A stretch of 38,517 nucleotides of DNA from a virus. Its lineage: Duplodnaviria; Heunggongvirae; Uroviricota; Caudoviricetes. The stretch spans positions 1 through 38,517 of IMG/VR virus record IMGVR_UViG_2713897161_000001. The stretch is one strand, 5' to 3'. The notes under the pieces are model-generated. The model ran no database searches and was not told the origin of the DNA. It saw nothing but the letters and a program-made list of their open reading frames with translations. Position 1 is the stretch's first letter, and the number at the start of each line of letters is the position of its first letter. The position numbers and the translations under genes were made by a program. This document shows positions 1-8,047 of the stretch, piece after piece.

Positions 1-143
1 ATCGCATTCAGATATTTGTTTTGATTCACTGATGGAAAAGAATTTCTCTTAAGCAATTCATCTCTCGATGGCATTGGCTTTACGCGTTGGCGAATAATCA
101 TTTCTGCCGGAAGAATGCCGGGATTGTATGTAAGTCCTCTCAT
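1..143 (-). CDS. Hypothetical protein, partial (N-terminal 47 codons; continues beyond window start)
   Basis: Open frame on minus strand from ATG at 141-143 to the window edge; ATGA overlap with the stop of the upstream gene at 140-142. Confidence 0.35.
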   Translation of the reverse strand, partial: MRGLTYNPGILPAEMIIRQRVKPMPSRDELLKRNSFPSVNQNKYLNA

Positions 144-421
144 GATTTACTCTCCACGAACTGGTCAACGGCCATGCTAAGTGACACACCTAAAGTATCG
201 ATATGCTGCTGAATATCCTGTAGCGTCCGCGCTTGAGATAACAGAATTTCACGGTTGCATAACTCTTTAACCAGATGCTCAAACTTGCTGTAATAACCGA
301 TACGACTTAGTGTTTCTTTCCCTGCATTCTCGCCTTCTTTGATAATTCCTCTTTCGCTAAGAATCAGGTCGTGTTTGGTTCCGGTAATAACGTATTTTCC
401 GAGGTCGATGTTTAGCTTCAT
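140..421 (-). CDS. Hypothetical phage early protein (93 aa)
   Basis: ORF in co-oriented, tightly packed minus-strand early operon; no recognisable family. Confidence 0.5.
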   Translation of the reverse strand: MKLNIDLGKYVITGTKHDLILSERGIIKEGENAGKETLSRIGYYSKFEHLVKELCNREILLSQARTLQDIQQHIDTLGVSLSMAVDQFVESKS

Positions 422-437
422 TGTTAATTACTCCATG

Positions 438-752
438 TTAATTTATTCGTATGCCTGCTCTTTCTTCATCGAGTTTTTTTAGCTTGTATCGCATAGCTCT
501 TACTGAATAAATTGAGCGGCAGGTTGCAATTGCTATTTCTTCTGCGGAGAAATTACCGAAAAGTGATACTTCGGCTCTTGTCCAGCGTCTTCCACGAAGT
601 CGGCTAACAATATCAGCGCCAATTCTTGTTGCTTTCGCCATTACTGCTTTTTCAGTCCTTTCCAGTTTTTCAGCGATAACTTCAACTGGCATTGTCGCCG
701 CCACTTCGCGCAAGAAATCGACTTCCCATTTCTCCCATGGAGTCTTTTTCAT
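438..752 (-). CDS. Hypothetical phage early protein (104 aa)
   Basis: ORF in the same minus-strand operon; no recognisable family. Confidence 0.5.
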   Translation of the reverse strand: MKKTPWEKWEVDFLREVAATMPVEVIAEKLERTEKAVMAKATRIGADIVSRLRGRRWTRAEVSLFGNFSAEEIAIATCRSIYSVRAMRYKLKKLDEERAGIRIN

Positions 753-763
753 AGGCGATACCG

Positions 764-1252
764 TTATTTGATAAGAAGTGAAGGTTTCCCAACTTTGAGT
801 TGAGCGCCGGGGATATTTATTCCTGCTTTTAGTTGGTGTTTGATTGCCAGTTTGTCGGCTTTAATTGTCGTTTCAAACTCAACGTATTCAGGAGGAAGGG
901 CGCTTGAGTCGATGATTTCTACAATTTCTGACGGTTTGCGGATTGTTACCTGGTGAATACCTGCTCGAATATTTTTCTTGCCAACCATTTCAAGCGATGA
1001 CGCTATATATGATTTGATGCTGTCAATCTTATTTTGAATTACTGCTGCTCGTTCATTCAGTGACTTTGCCTCTTCCTTGAGGCGTTCAGCATAACCAGAT
1101 TCATTTTTAATAATGGCGAGAAGTTGTTCTATTTTATCGGTAAATTCTCCTTCCATGCCTTCTATTGTGTCAGCAATCATCTCTGGCTCTAAATCTGAAT
1201 CCATCAATTTTGCGTATTCATTGGCTATTTCATATAGTTTGCTCACTGGCAA
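764..1252 (-). CDS. Gp157-like protein (siphovirus Gp157 family, often adjacent to RecT)
   Basis: 162 aa, N-terminus MPVSKLYEIANEY, coiled-coil character and position immediately downstream of recT; family call from recall; start may be an internal Met (overlaps recT stop by 23 nt as listed). Confidence 0.45.
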   Translation of the reverse strand: MPVSKLYEIANEYAKLMDSDLEPEMIADTIEGMEGEFTDKIEQLLAIIKNESGYAERLKEEAKSLNERAAVIQNKIDSIKSYIASSLEMVGKKNIRAGIHQVTIRKPSEIVEIIDSSALPPEYVEFETTIKADKLAIKHQLKAGINIPGAQLKVGKPSLLIK

Positions 1253-2141
1253 CCTCCAGTTTCGCTTTGCATTCTATGTAAATGGCTTGTACGTTCTGCT
1301 GCAATTTCATTCCAGCTGTCAGGCGATATGCTTCTGCAAAATATCGCTTCAAATCATCCATGTTTTCTGCCTGAGCCATTTCATCGCAAAGAAGTTGTGC
1401 TTTATCCATTATTTCCTGCTGGCGTTTCCGTTCATCTTCGCGGATATCTTCCTCTGATTTGTGCGGCATAACTGGTTCAGTCCACACACCTTCTTCTTCG
1501 TTTAGTACGTGAATAGCACTATCAAGACGTGATGCCTTAGGCCAATACTTGCTTGCACGCTTTACGACCGTCTTTCGCGCCATCTCATTCCAGTGATTTA
1601 CCCATGGTCCTTTATCGCTGAATGCTGCCTTGCTTGTTTTCCTTACAGCCTCAATTTCAGCCAGACTCATCTCTTCTGTTAGATAATCACCTGCTGGTGT
1701 CTTAACTGTGCAGTAAACGCCAACGATATCACCACGATCACCGAAGGCGTTGTATTTATGGGTTGGTGCTTTATCAAGCCCGTTTGACTCATAGGTATCG
1801 TTAGCATGAACAAGTTTTGCCTGACCCCATGAGATAACACCAGACTCCATTGCAATATGGAGCAATCCCATATAACTGATATCAAGGCACACCATGCCGT
1901 CGCGAGGAACCAGATAAGCCAGTTTGCTGGCCGGGTTTAAGGTGATGCCGATCGCCGCAACATTGATGATGGCGTTCTGTGCGCTGGTTGGATTTGCCAG
2001 TGCTGTTTTAGCCAGGTAATCGTTTTTCTGGAAATACTGAATTGCAAACTGGCTTTCCTTAGCCCATGTCACCGTCTGTTCAGTCAATGCTCCGCAGAAT
2101 AACTGCTCCTGCTGTTTAACGAATTCAACGATATTGCTCAT
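1230..2141 (-). CDS. recT: RecT-family single-strand annealing recombinase
   Basis: 303 aa; sequence features recalled as RecT family; position in the early-left recombination module. Confidence 0.8.
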   Translation of the reverse strand: MSNIVEFVKQQEQLFCGALTEQTVTWAKESQFAIQYFQKNDYLAKTALANPTSAQNAIINVAAIGITLNPASKLAYLVPRDGMVCLDISYMGLLHIAMESGVISWGQAKLVHANDTYESNGLDKAPTHKYNAFGDRGDIVGVYCTVKTPAGDYLTEEMSLAEIEAVRKTSKAAFSDKGPWVNHWNEMARKTVVKRASKYWPKASRLDSAIHVLNEEEGVWTEPVMPHKSEEDIREDERKRQQEIMDKAQLLCDEMAQAENMDDLKRYFAEAYRLTAGMKLQQNVQAIYIECKAKLEVASEQTI

Positions 2142-2449
2142 GCAGCTTCTCCAGAAATGTGTCTGCGTTTGAATATTGCGAAGGCATATTCAGCCTTAAC
2201 TCTTTCGGTTATTGCATCCCAGAACCATTCAGCGGCTTTTTCCTGATAGTTACAGTCATCATCTTCCAGCCAGTCGATAGCGTCCTTAGTGTGTTCATCT
2301 GGTTTATATGAGCGAAGCATTTCGCTTATTGGGTCGCAACGTTTGCAGAGGCGATCAACTTCACTGTTGATTCGCTCGTAATCTTCATCAGTAAAACTTG
2401 CGATTATTTGCGATATTTCACGCTTATCATTCAGAGTCAGAATCATCAT
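2138..2449 (-). CDS. Hypothetical phage early protein (103 aa)
   Basis: ORF with 4-nt overlap to recT start; part of operon. Confidence 0.5.
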   Translation of the reverse strand: MMILTLNDKREISQIIASFTDEDYERINSEVDRLCKRCDPISEMLRSYKPDEHTKDAIDWLEDDDCNYQEKAAEWFWDAITERVKAEYAFAIFKRRHISGEAA

Positions 2450-2667
2450 CTTTCTCCTGTTCTTTGTGCTGATTGAGCATTTTGTTCATCTGACGAATGA
2501 ATTCTTCGTCTGACCAGTTATCTGTAAAACTCATTTCCTGCGATACCACGGAATGTTGATCGCTGATTTCATCGCTTTATTTGCTTCAAGCCACATTTTG
2601 GAATCACCAATAAATCTGGCTATTACTGCTTTGTTTTGTGCCGCACGAAGCATCTGGTGATTAATGG

Positions 2668-2802
2668 CTATTTCATTGCGCATAACGCCTCCAGTTGTTT
2701 CTTTGCTGCTCTGATTAATTGTTTAACACGGCGTGATAATTCAGATTCGTGCGGGTAGAAAGCGGACATGACGCCGCTACCCGCGAGCTGAAAGTGCATC
2801 AT
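2668..2802 (-). CDS. cIII-like protein (44 aa)
   Basis: Internal ATGATG start preceded by AAGGAG RBS (reverse complement of 2803-2820); peptide MMHFQLAGSGV...ESELSRRVKQLIRAAKKQLEAL resembles the lambda cIII core helix region as recalled; upstream part of listed ORF 2668..2907 rejected. Confidence 0.45.
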   Translation of the reverse strand: MMHFQLAGSGVMSAFYPHESELSRRVKQLIRAAKKQLEALCAMK

Positions 2803-2865
2803 GGGTAACTCCTTATATTTGATTGCATAACGAAAACGCCTCGAATGAAGCGTTATTGGTATGCA

Positions 2866-2892
2866 TATAAAAAGGCCCTCACACTGGAGGGC
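2866..2892 (-). terminator. Candidate intrinsic terminator (tL-like) upstream of cIII-like gene
   Basis: Hairpin GCCCTC/ACACTG/GAGGGC at 2875-2892 followed on the minus strand by a T-rich run (plus-strand ATATAAAAAG). Confidence 0.4.
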
Positions 2893-2996
2893 AAAGAAGA
2901 TTTCCAATAATCAGAACAAGTCGGCTCCTGTTTAGTTACGAGCGACATTGCTCCGTGTATTCACTCGTTGGAATGAATACACAGTGCTTATTTGTA

Positions 2997-3467
2997 CTAA
3001 TAAAATACCCAATTTTCTGTTTCTTGGTTGTGTCCAAAGTTATATTCAATATCTGGTGTTGATGTATCAATATTTTTCATCCCATCAACAAGAGTTGATA
3101 CAACAGCCAAATCTTGTTTTATTCTCATTAAATGGTATTTCTTCCGGCGCAATAAACTTTCAATAGCAAGTTTCTTCGTTGGGAATGCAAAAGATCTTTC
3201 TGCATTTTTTGCTACTTTCTTAATTGCATATCTATTTCTCCTTTGTTTCCATTCCTGTAACCACTGATTTGGTGCTGGTTTAAAATTAACAATCCAATGC
3301 GCAGGAACCAACCATGCATAATGCTCTGTCTGATGAAAAGCTATATATTGAAGTGCGAATATTTTTATCCCATCTTCTTCAACTGTCGCCTGGAATCTCC
3401 AGAAAACAGGCATTCCATCATGTTCAGTTTCTGATTCAGGAAAAGGTACGCTCCATGATTTTGTCAT
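2997..3467 (-). CDS. Hypothetical accessory protein (156 aa) in AT-rich segment
   Basis: ORF within a visibly AT-rich stretch (about 2930-3340) between cIII-like gene and N; no recognisable family. Confidence 0.5.
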   Translation of the reverse strand: MTKSWSVPFPESETEHDGMPVFWRFQATVEEDGIKIFALQYIAFHQTEHYAWLVPAHWIVNFKPAPNQWLQEWKQRRNRYAIKKVAKNAERSFAFPTKKLAIESLLRRKKYHLMRIKQDLAVVSTLVDGMKNIDTSTPDIEYNFGHNQETENWVFY

Positions 3468-3529
3468 ATCTCACCTCAAATAAGTGGTTTGCTGCCAAAA
3501 CAATGAACCATCCGGAAATTCCAGATAGT

Positions 3530-3757
3530 TCATAATTCACTCTTCAATACTTCCAACTTACTAATCGCCGATAGATATCCGCGCTGATAGGGCATCATCA
3601 TTCCTTCGAGCTTGCCACTTCTTAACTCCTCCCTGAGCAATTGTATTGCTTGATCAATAACCTCTGCCTTAGCGTCCTTTATGGCTTGCTTGCGGGGCTT
3701 TGCTTTCTGCTTTGGCAGATTTCTCAAGCATGATGGAATGTATGTCTGATTCATCAC
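3530..3757 (-). CDS. Hypothetical protein (75 aa) immediately downstream of N
   Basis: ORF abutting N stop; basic, coiled-coil-like; no family recognised. Confidence 0.4.
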   Translation of the reverse strand: MMNQTYIPSCLRNLPKQKAKPRKQAIKDAKAEVIDQAIQLLREELRSGKLEGMMMPYQRGYLSAISKLEVLKSEL

Positions 3758-4141
3758 TTACCTCGCTGTCAGTTGTTTTGATTTCCGGTAGCCTGCCGCG
3801 TAAATGGCTACGTTTGGAAGACATACACCAGTTTCTGGTTGCTTATGTCCAAACTCATTCGCGTACACAATGGCCGCTCGCTCCAGATTGCGTCTGTATT
3901 CTTTCTGTTGCCAGATCACGTCCTGTGCCATGAACTTAATTGGCTTAGCGTCTTCTATGCGCTCAGGCGTTTCGTGAGTACCTTTAGCCTGAATCTGCGC
4001 TCTGCTTAGAGTAGGGCGGTGTAATACTTCTGAACTTATTGCTTCTTCGCGGGCCAGCACGCCGTTAGCTAATGCCTTTGCCTTTAAACGCTCACGACGA
4101 CGAGAACGTGAATTGCCTTTGAACTGAGTTCTGCGTGTCAT
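3758..4141 (-). CDS. N: N-type transcription antiterminator (P22 gene 24-like)
   Basis: Arginine-rich motif near N-terminus (RSRRRERLKAKALA) and C-terminal end ...YAAGYRKSKQLTAR resembling P22 N as recalled; canonical boxB hairpins lie upstream in both nutL and nutR positions. Confidence 0.75.
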   Translation of the reverse strand: MTRRTQFKGNSRSRRRERLKAKALANGVLAREEAISSEVLHRPTLSRAQIQAKGTHETPERIEDAKPIKFMAQDVIWQQKEYRRNLERAAIVYANEFGHKQPETGVCLPNVAIYAAGYRKSKQLTAR

Positions 4142-4306
4142 ATAGACCTCCTGATGAACTTTGGTGGTGTGGTAGGTGGGAGACCCATTTCGACCTGTTT
4201 CGGCCTACTTTAATTCGGCAATAGTCCCGCAGGCCTCGCCGCTTTACGTGCGACATATTCCCGTCCATGAACCCTTCACCACACCCCAAAGTTCACTTTG
4301 GTTATT

Positions 4307-4321
4307 GCGCTTTGTCAGCGC
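4307..4321 (-). promoter_or_regulatory. nutL boxB hairpin
   Basis: Reverse complement reads GCGCTGACAAAGCGC, a 5-bp stem with GACAA-type loop matching the P22-type boxB as recalled; lies between putative pL and N. Confidence 0.6.
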
Positions 4322-4399
4322 CGTAGATTCATATTCGAATCGTTGTATATTCACCGCCCTGGTGAGTAGTGCGTCCTGCTGATGGGTAAACTTTATCGG

Positions 4400-4450
4400 A
4401 ATGATAAATTAATGGCAATAGCAAAATGATAAATTCTTTTGATTTTCAAA
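4400..4450 (-). promoter_or_regulatory. OL/pL operator-promoter region (putative)
   Basis: Two TGATAAAT motifs (4402-4409, 4427-4434) and near-palindrome TTTTGATTTTCAAA (4437-4450), the same motifs that occur between cI and cro. Confidence 0.4.
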
Positions 4451-4607
4451 TATCGTATTGATTCTTATGGTGTTTTATTTTGTTGTAGGAATTCGACAGG
4501 ATAAATAAAGAGATTTGAGGGAGATCTGGATTGCGTGGTTTAGCAAGTTGTATCAATCAGTTTTTCAATAAATACAATTGGTTATGTGTTTTTAGGTGGG
4601 GGATCGT

Positions 4608-4637
4608 GAGGCAAAGAAAACCCGGCTCTTGGCCGGG
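4608..4637 (-). terminator. Intrinsic terminator after KilA-N gene (end of cI operon)
   Basis: Hairpin CCCGGCTCTTGGCCGGG at 4621-4637; on minus strand followed by TTTTCTTTGCC. Confidence 0.55.
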
Positions 4638-4645
4638 AATAACAT

Positions 4646-5407
4646 TTAGGAATCAAGGTCAGGTAGCATGATTTTCTCAATCAACGTCAATGCCCTTTGG
4701 TCTCGTTCAGCAAAATATTTAGGAGCGTACTGAGGCAGCCACACTTCGTTGAAGTGTTGTTTGAAATCTGCAAGATATTCGTTTGGGTATAGACGTACCG
4801 GGAATGTCCGGCCATCTGGGTACTCATGGTTATATGTTGGGAATGTCTTCGGCTCAACCCCCCGGTTGTCACGGAGCCATTGCGAGAAAACCCTACCCTC
4901 TGAAATATCAGGGACCATTTTTTCTGGCAGCGTATATCCGGCCTGTTCAAGTGGCGCAACCAAGTTAAACGTCAGTTCATTAAGCATAGAAAAGTGCGTA
5001 TGAGGAACTCTGCCTCGGTTTGTCATATACCGCTTAAGGTGGATAGGGAGTTCGGCAGGCGCTCTTTCACCTGACATCCACTCACGCACCCATCTCGATA
5101 CTTGCACTGCAAATTTTGGAGATAGCCACTGAGCTAAATTAATTGCGATGTCTGGATGAACCCAAGTCCCTTGATTCTCTGCTCTTCCGCCTTTAAATGA
5201 TTGAATTAACTCCGATATGGGAATCCCCATATCGCGTGATAATTCATCAAAAAAATCTTGTGTTGTTTTTAGTCGTGTATAGTCAGCAAGTAGCTTCCCC
5301 GCAGACTTGCACATCGCGGTGGCATTGATGTATCCGTCTTTGGTGCGAAGATGGATGACTTCTCCATCAACTTCTCTAGCGATTAATGCAAGTTGAAACT
5401 GTGTCAT
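4646..5407 (-). CDS. KilA-N domain protein with uncharacterised C-terminal domain
   Basis: 253 aa; N-terminal region (HLRTKDGYINATAMCKSAGK) recalled as KilA-N/APSES-type domain; directly downstream of and co-oriented with cI. Confidence 0.65.
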   Translation of the reverse strand: MTQFQLALIAREVDGEVIHLRTKDGYINATAMCKSAGKLLADYTRLKTTQDFFDELSRDMGIPISELIQSFKGGRAENQGTWVHPDIAINLAQWLSPKFAVQVSRWVREWMSGERAPAELPIHLKRYMTNRGRVPHTHFSMLNELTFNLVAPLEQAGYTLPEKMVPDISEGRVFSQWLRDNRGVEPKTFPTYNHEYPDGRTFPVRLYPNEYLADFKQHFNEVWLPQYAPKYFAERDQRALTLIEKIMLPDLDS

Positions 5408-5489
5408 AAATCATCCTATTACGTGAAAAATAAAACAATCACCCAAACGTCTCTTCAGGCCACTGGCTATCAGCTATGTGACGATGAAG

Positions 5490-6194
5490 TCACGAACTTT
5501 TCAGCCACTCCCTTGCCTCGATGTCATCCAGATGGCGAGATTGCTTCAGAATACCAGCCACATACTCCACCTTTGCTACTTGATGATAAGGCAACGTTAT
5601 TGGCCTATGGTCCTGGTTGATGCTTGTAAACTGGTATTCTCCGTCTCTGTCATAGCCAAGAACTTTGATCATGTTGTGTCCTTCAACGGTTCTGACAAAC
5701 ACCTCATCACCCGGGAATACTTTGGTGTTAGGCTCAATGAGTACATATTCTCCTGATTTTATTCTAGGCCACATGCTGTCTCCTTTCACACGAAGACCAA
5801 AGGCATCTGGATCATCGCTATAAATTTTGAGCCACCCATCGCGCTCTTCGGTCATCTCGATGGCACCATCAACACCAAGAATTGCCTCACCAACCACGCG
5901 CACTAACCCTTTTCTTACCTGACCGACAAAAGTTAAAGAATCTGAGCATGATGCAATTGGTGTTACATCATGTACCAAATCAAGCCACCCATTAGGTAAC
6001 CCAAGTGCGGCTTCAAATTTTCTTGCTAGTTTATCCCCTATGTTTCGAGTGCTTTTTTCACCGGAGACTTGCGTGAGTTGAGAAGGGCTAACCCCAAGCT
6101 TATCGGCAAAGCTTGCATTAGTGTTACCCGCGATTTTTTTATGCTCATCTAGCAAAAACGCCAGATTCGATTTGCGAATATCTTTGTTTTCCAT
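5490..6194 (-). CDS. cI: cI-type repressor (HTH DNA-binding domain plus LexA/S24-like autocleavage domain)
   Basis: 234 aa; N-terminal HTH-like region, C-terminal S24 peptidase-like segment (GDSMWP...EYVLIEP, NMIKVL); divergent from cro across an operator-rich intergenic region. Confidence 0.85.
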   Translation of the reverse strand: MENKDIRKSNLAFLLDEHKKIAGNTNASFADKLGVSPSQLTQVSGEKSTRNIGDKLARKFEAALGLPNGWLDLVHDVTPIASCSDSLTFVGQVRKGLVRVVGEAILGVDGAIEMTEERDGWLKIYSDDPDAFGLRVKGDSMWPRIKSGEYVLIEPNTKVFPGDEVFVRTVEGHNMIKVLGYDRDGEYQFTSINQDHRPITLPYHQVAKVEYVAGILKQSRHLDDIEAREWLKSS

Positions 6195-6222
6195 CTCACA
6201 ATTTTCCCTCTATTTAGCAAAT

Positions 6223-6296
6223 GGATAAATACGCAATATGATAAATTTACATTGCGTTTGATTTATCAAAATGGTAAAGTTATTCTGTATGATAAA
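6223..6296. promoter_or_regulatory. OR operators with divergent pRM/pR (putative)
   Basis: Repeated GGATAAAT/TGATAAAT/TGATAAAC motifs at 6223-6230, 6239-6246, 6289-6296 and palindrome TTTGATTTATCAAA at 6257-6270 in the cI-cro intergenic region. Confidence 0.5.
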
Positions 6297-6307
6297 CGGA
6301 GGCACTA

Positions 6308-6541
6308 ATGAGTAATGAACTACTACGCTGGCGAAAAGAGGCTTCTAGTGAGGAATGGAAGCGACTCGCCGCATTAGCGAAAACTTCAGTTGGCTATCTT
6401 GACCAGATTGCATATGGATTTCGAAGAGCTTCCCCTGATAAAGCGAATGCAATCGAAGAAGCTACTCGTAATTTCACGGCCTATAAACCCGTGAAAAAGG
6501 AAAACCTGGTGTTCGTATCGCGTAGAGCATCAGCAGCATAA
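6308..6541 (+). CDS. cro: Cro-like transcriptional regulator
   Basis: 77 aa ORF divergent from cI, first gene of rightward operon; family call by position. Confidence 0.6.
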   Translation: MSNELLRWRKEASSEEWKRLAALAKTSVGYLDQIAYGFRRASPDKANAIEEATRNFTAYKPVKKENLVFVSRRASAA

Positions 6542-6548
6542 GTAACAC

Positions 6549-6594
6549 CGCTCTTTTCACAATGGACATTCGTCCTACGTCGCTGACAAAGCGA
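6549..6594 (+). promoter_or_regulatory. nutR (boxA CGCTCTTTT and boxB hairpin TCGCTGACAAAGCGA)
   Basis: boxA-like CGCTCTTTT at 6549-6557, boxB stem-loop at 6580-6594, between cro and cII. Confidence 0.6.
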
Positions 6595-6679
6595 GTCCCA
6601 ATATATCTGACCAACTAAGGCCACATGCGTTTCCACGCATACCTTTCAACTAACTATTCACTATTGGAAATATTAAGAA

Positions 6680-6976
6680 ATGGAACAAACAAGTTACAGC
6701 AAACTATCACAGCGTGACGTTGATCGCGCAGAAACAGATTTACTTATCAATCTGTCAACTATTACCCAGCGCGGTCTGGCAAAGATGATTGGCTGTCATG
6801 AATCGAAGATAAGCAGAACGGACTGGAGATTTATTGCTTCGGTCTTGTGTGCTTTCGGAATGGCATCAGACATCAGTCCGATTAGCAGGGCTTTTAAGTA
6901 TGCGCTTGATGAAATCACAAAGAAAAAATCCCCGGCTGCCACCGAGGATTTTAAGCAAATTGATATGCAATTCTGA
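6680..6976 (+). CDS. cII: cII-type transcriptional activator
   Basis: 98 aa; HTH region and C-terminus ...[18 protein letters not shown] closely resembling lambda cII C-terminus as recalled. Confidence 0.75.
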   Translation: MEQTSYSKLSQRDVDRAETDLLINLSTITQRGLAKMIGCHESKISRTDWRFIASVLCAFGMASDISPISRAFKYALDEITKKKSPAATEDFKQIDMQF

Positions 6977-7008
6977 GGGAATTACTGGATCAATCCACAG
7001 GAGTAATT

Positions 7009-7155
7009 ATGACAAAACAACTCAGTCCTTACCAGGACAAAATTCACAAACACATACTACGTGATCGCTTCCTGTCCAGCTTCAAGCAGCCTGGTCGATT
7101 CCGGGCTGAGTTGGAAAAAGTGAAGCTGATGCAGAAGGAGAAAGGTCATGAGTAA
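7009..7155 (+). CDS. Small hypothetical protein (48 aa) between cII and O-like gene
   Basis: ATG at 7009 preceded by GGAG; overlaps O-like start by 8 nt; below ORF-track cutoff. Confidence 0.3.
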   Translation: MTKQLSPYQDKIHKHILRDRFLSSFKQPGRFRAELEKVKLMQKEKGHE

Positions 7156-8047
7156 CATATCTAATCTAGCCGAAGCCAGAGAGGCCAGAAGGCTCCAACA
7201 ACCGCATCAAAGCAGCGGTAAGGGGTATGCCTTGCTGCACCGTAAAATTATGGATGTGCCGTTTTACAAGGACGCAGAAGCAGCGCATCTGTGGGTTCAC
7301 TTAATCCTCAAAGCAAAGCATACGCCTGAGTATGTAATGACTGACGCAGGAGAAATTCTGGTAGGCAGAGGGAAGCTACTTGGTGGTAGAAACTCTCTGG
7401 CGTTTGAAACAGGACTCAAACCAGATCGCGTTCAGTACCTGCTTAGAAAGTTCAAAAAACTCGGCATGATTGACTGGGTTTCACACGGTAAATTCTCAGT
7501 TTTCTCGGTAGAGAAATATGACGATTATCAGTCAAATTTTGTACCAGCAGATTACCAGCAAATTACCACCTCAAAGCCAGCAATACCAATGCCTGCAAGC
7601 AATACTGTACCAGCAGATTACCAGCAAATTACCACAGATAAAGAATATAATAATATTATCTCTAATACTGACGTATTAGAGAGTACCGCAGCAGACAAAA
7701 AGTCTGACAAGAAAAAACCTTCCGTCAGCTGTCAGGATGTTGTCGATGCTTACCACGAAATCCTTCCTGAAGCGCCAAGAATCCGCGCACTGAATGACAA
7801 GCGTAAAAACCAGATCCGAACGTTCTGGCGCAAAGCCGGAGTGATAACCCGCCAGCTTGACGGGCATGGGTTCACGATGCAGGACTGGAGAAATTATTTG
7901 AGCTACGTAGGCGAAAATTGCCGATGGATGTTCGAAGAGCGTCCAAACCATCAACGCGGAACTGTCTGGCACAAAAAGGGATTTGATTTCCTGCTTAACG
8001 ATAATACCTACCTGAAAGTTCGTGAGGGTGAACACGATGACCGATAA
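7148..8047 (+). CDS. Replication initiation protein (lambda O / P22 gene 18-like)
   Basis: 299 aa; position after cII; gene contains internal iteron repeats followed by AT-rich segment, as in lambdoid ori. Confidence 0.75.
   Translation: MSNISNLAEAREARRLQQPHQSSGKGYALLHRKIMDVPFYKDAEAAHLWVHLILKAKHTPEYVMTDAGEILVGRGKLLGGRNSLAFETGLKPDRVQYLLRKFKKLGMIDWVSHGKFSVFSVEKYDDYQSNFVPADYQQITTSKPAIPMPASNTVPADYQQITTDKEYNNIISNTDVLESTAADKKSDKKKPSVSCQDVVDAYHEILPEAPRIRALNDKRKNQIRTFWRKAGVITRQLDGHGFTMQDWRNYLSYVGENCRWMFEERPNHQRGTVWHKKGFDFLLNDNTYLKVREGEHDDR
7541..7635 (+). repeat. Origin iterons inside O-like gene: two 29-bp direct repeats, each built of ~10-bp TTACCAGCA-type units
   Basis: GTACCAGCAGATTACCAGCAAATTACCAC at 7541-7569 and again at 7607-7635; AT-rich stretch follows at about 7637-7680. 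Confidence 0.65.

Noticed and set aside
1113-1457. 114-aa plus-strand ORF overlapping gp157-like and recT genes
   Set aside because: Antisense to two co-oriented early genes; hydrophobic, codon-poor translation.
2803-2907. Upstream 35-codon extension of ORF 2668..2907
   Set aside because: An internal ATGATG with a good AAGGAG RBS gives a cIII-sized product; the extension has no RBS.
4322-4400. boxA element for nutL
   Set aside because: Looked for a reverse-complement CGCTCTT-type boxA next to the boxB hairpin and found no convincing match; only boxB reported.
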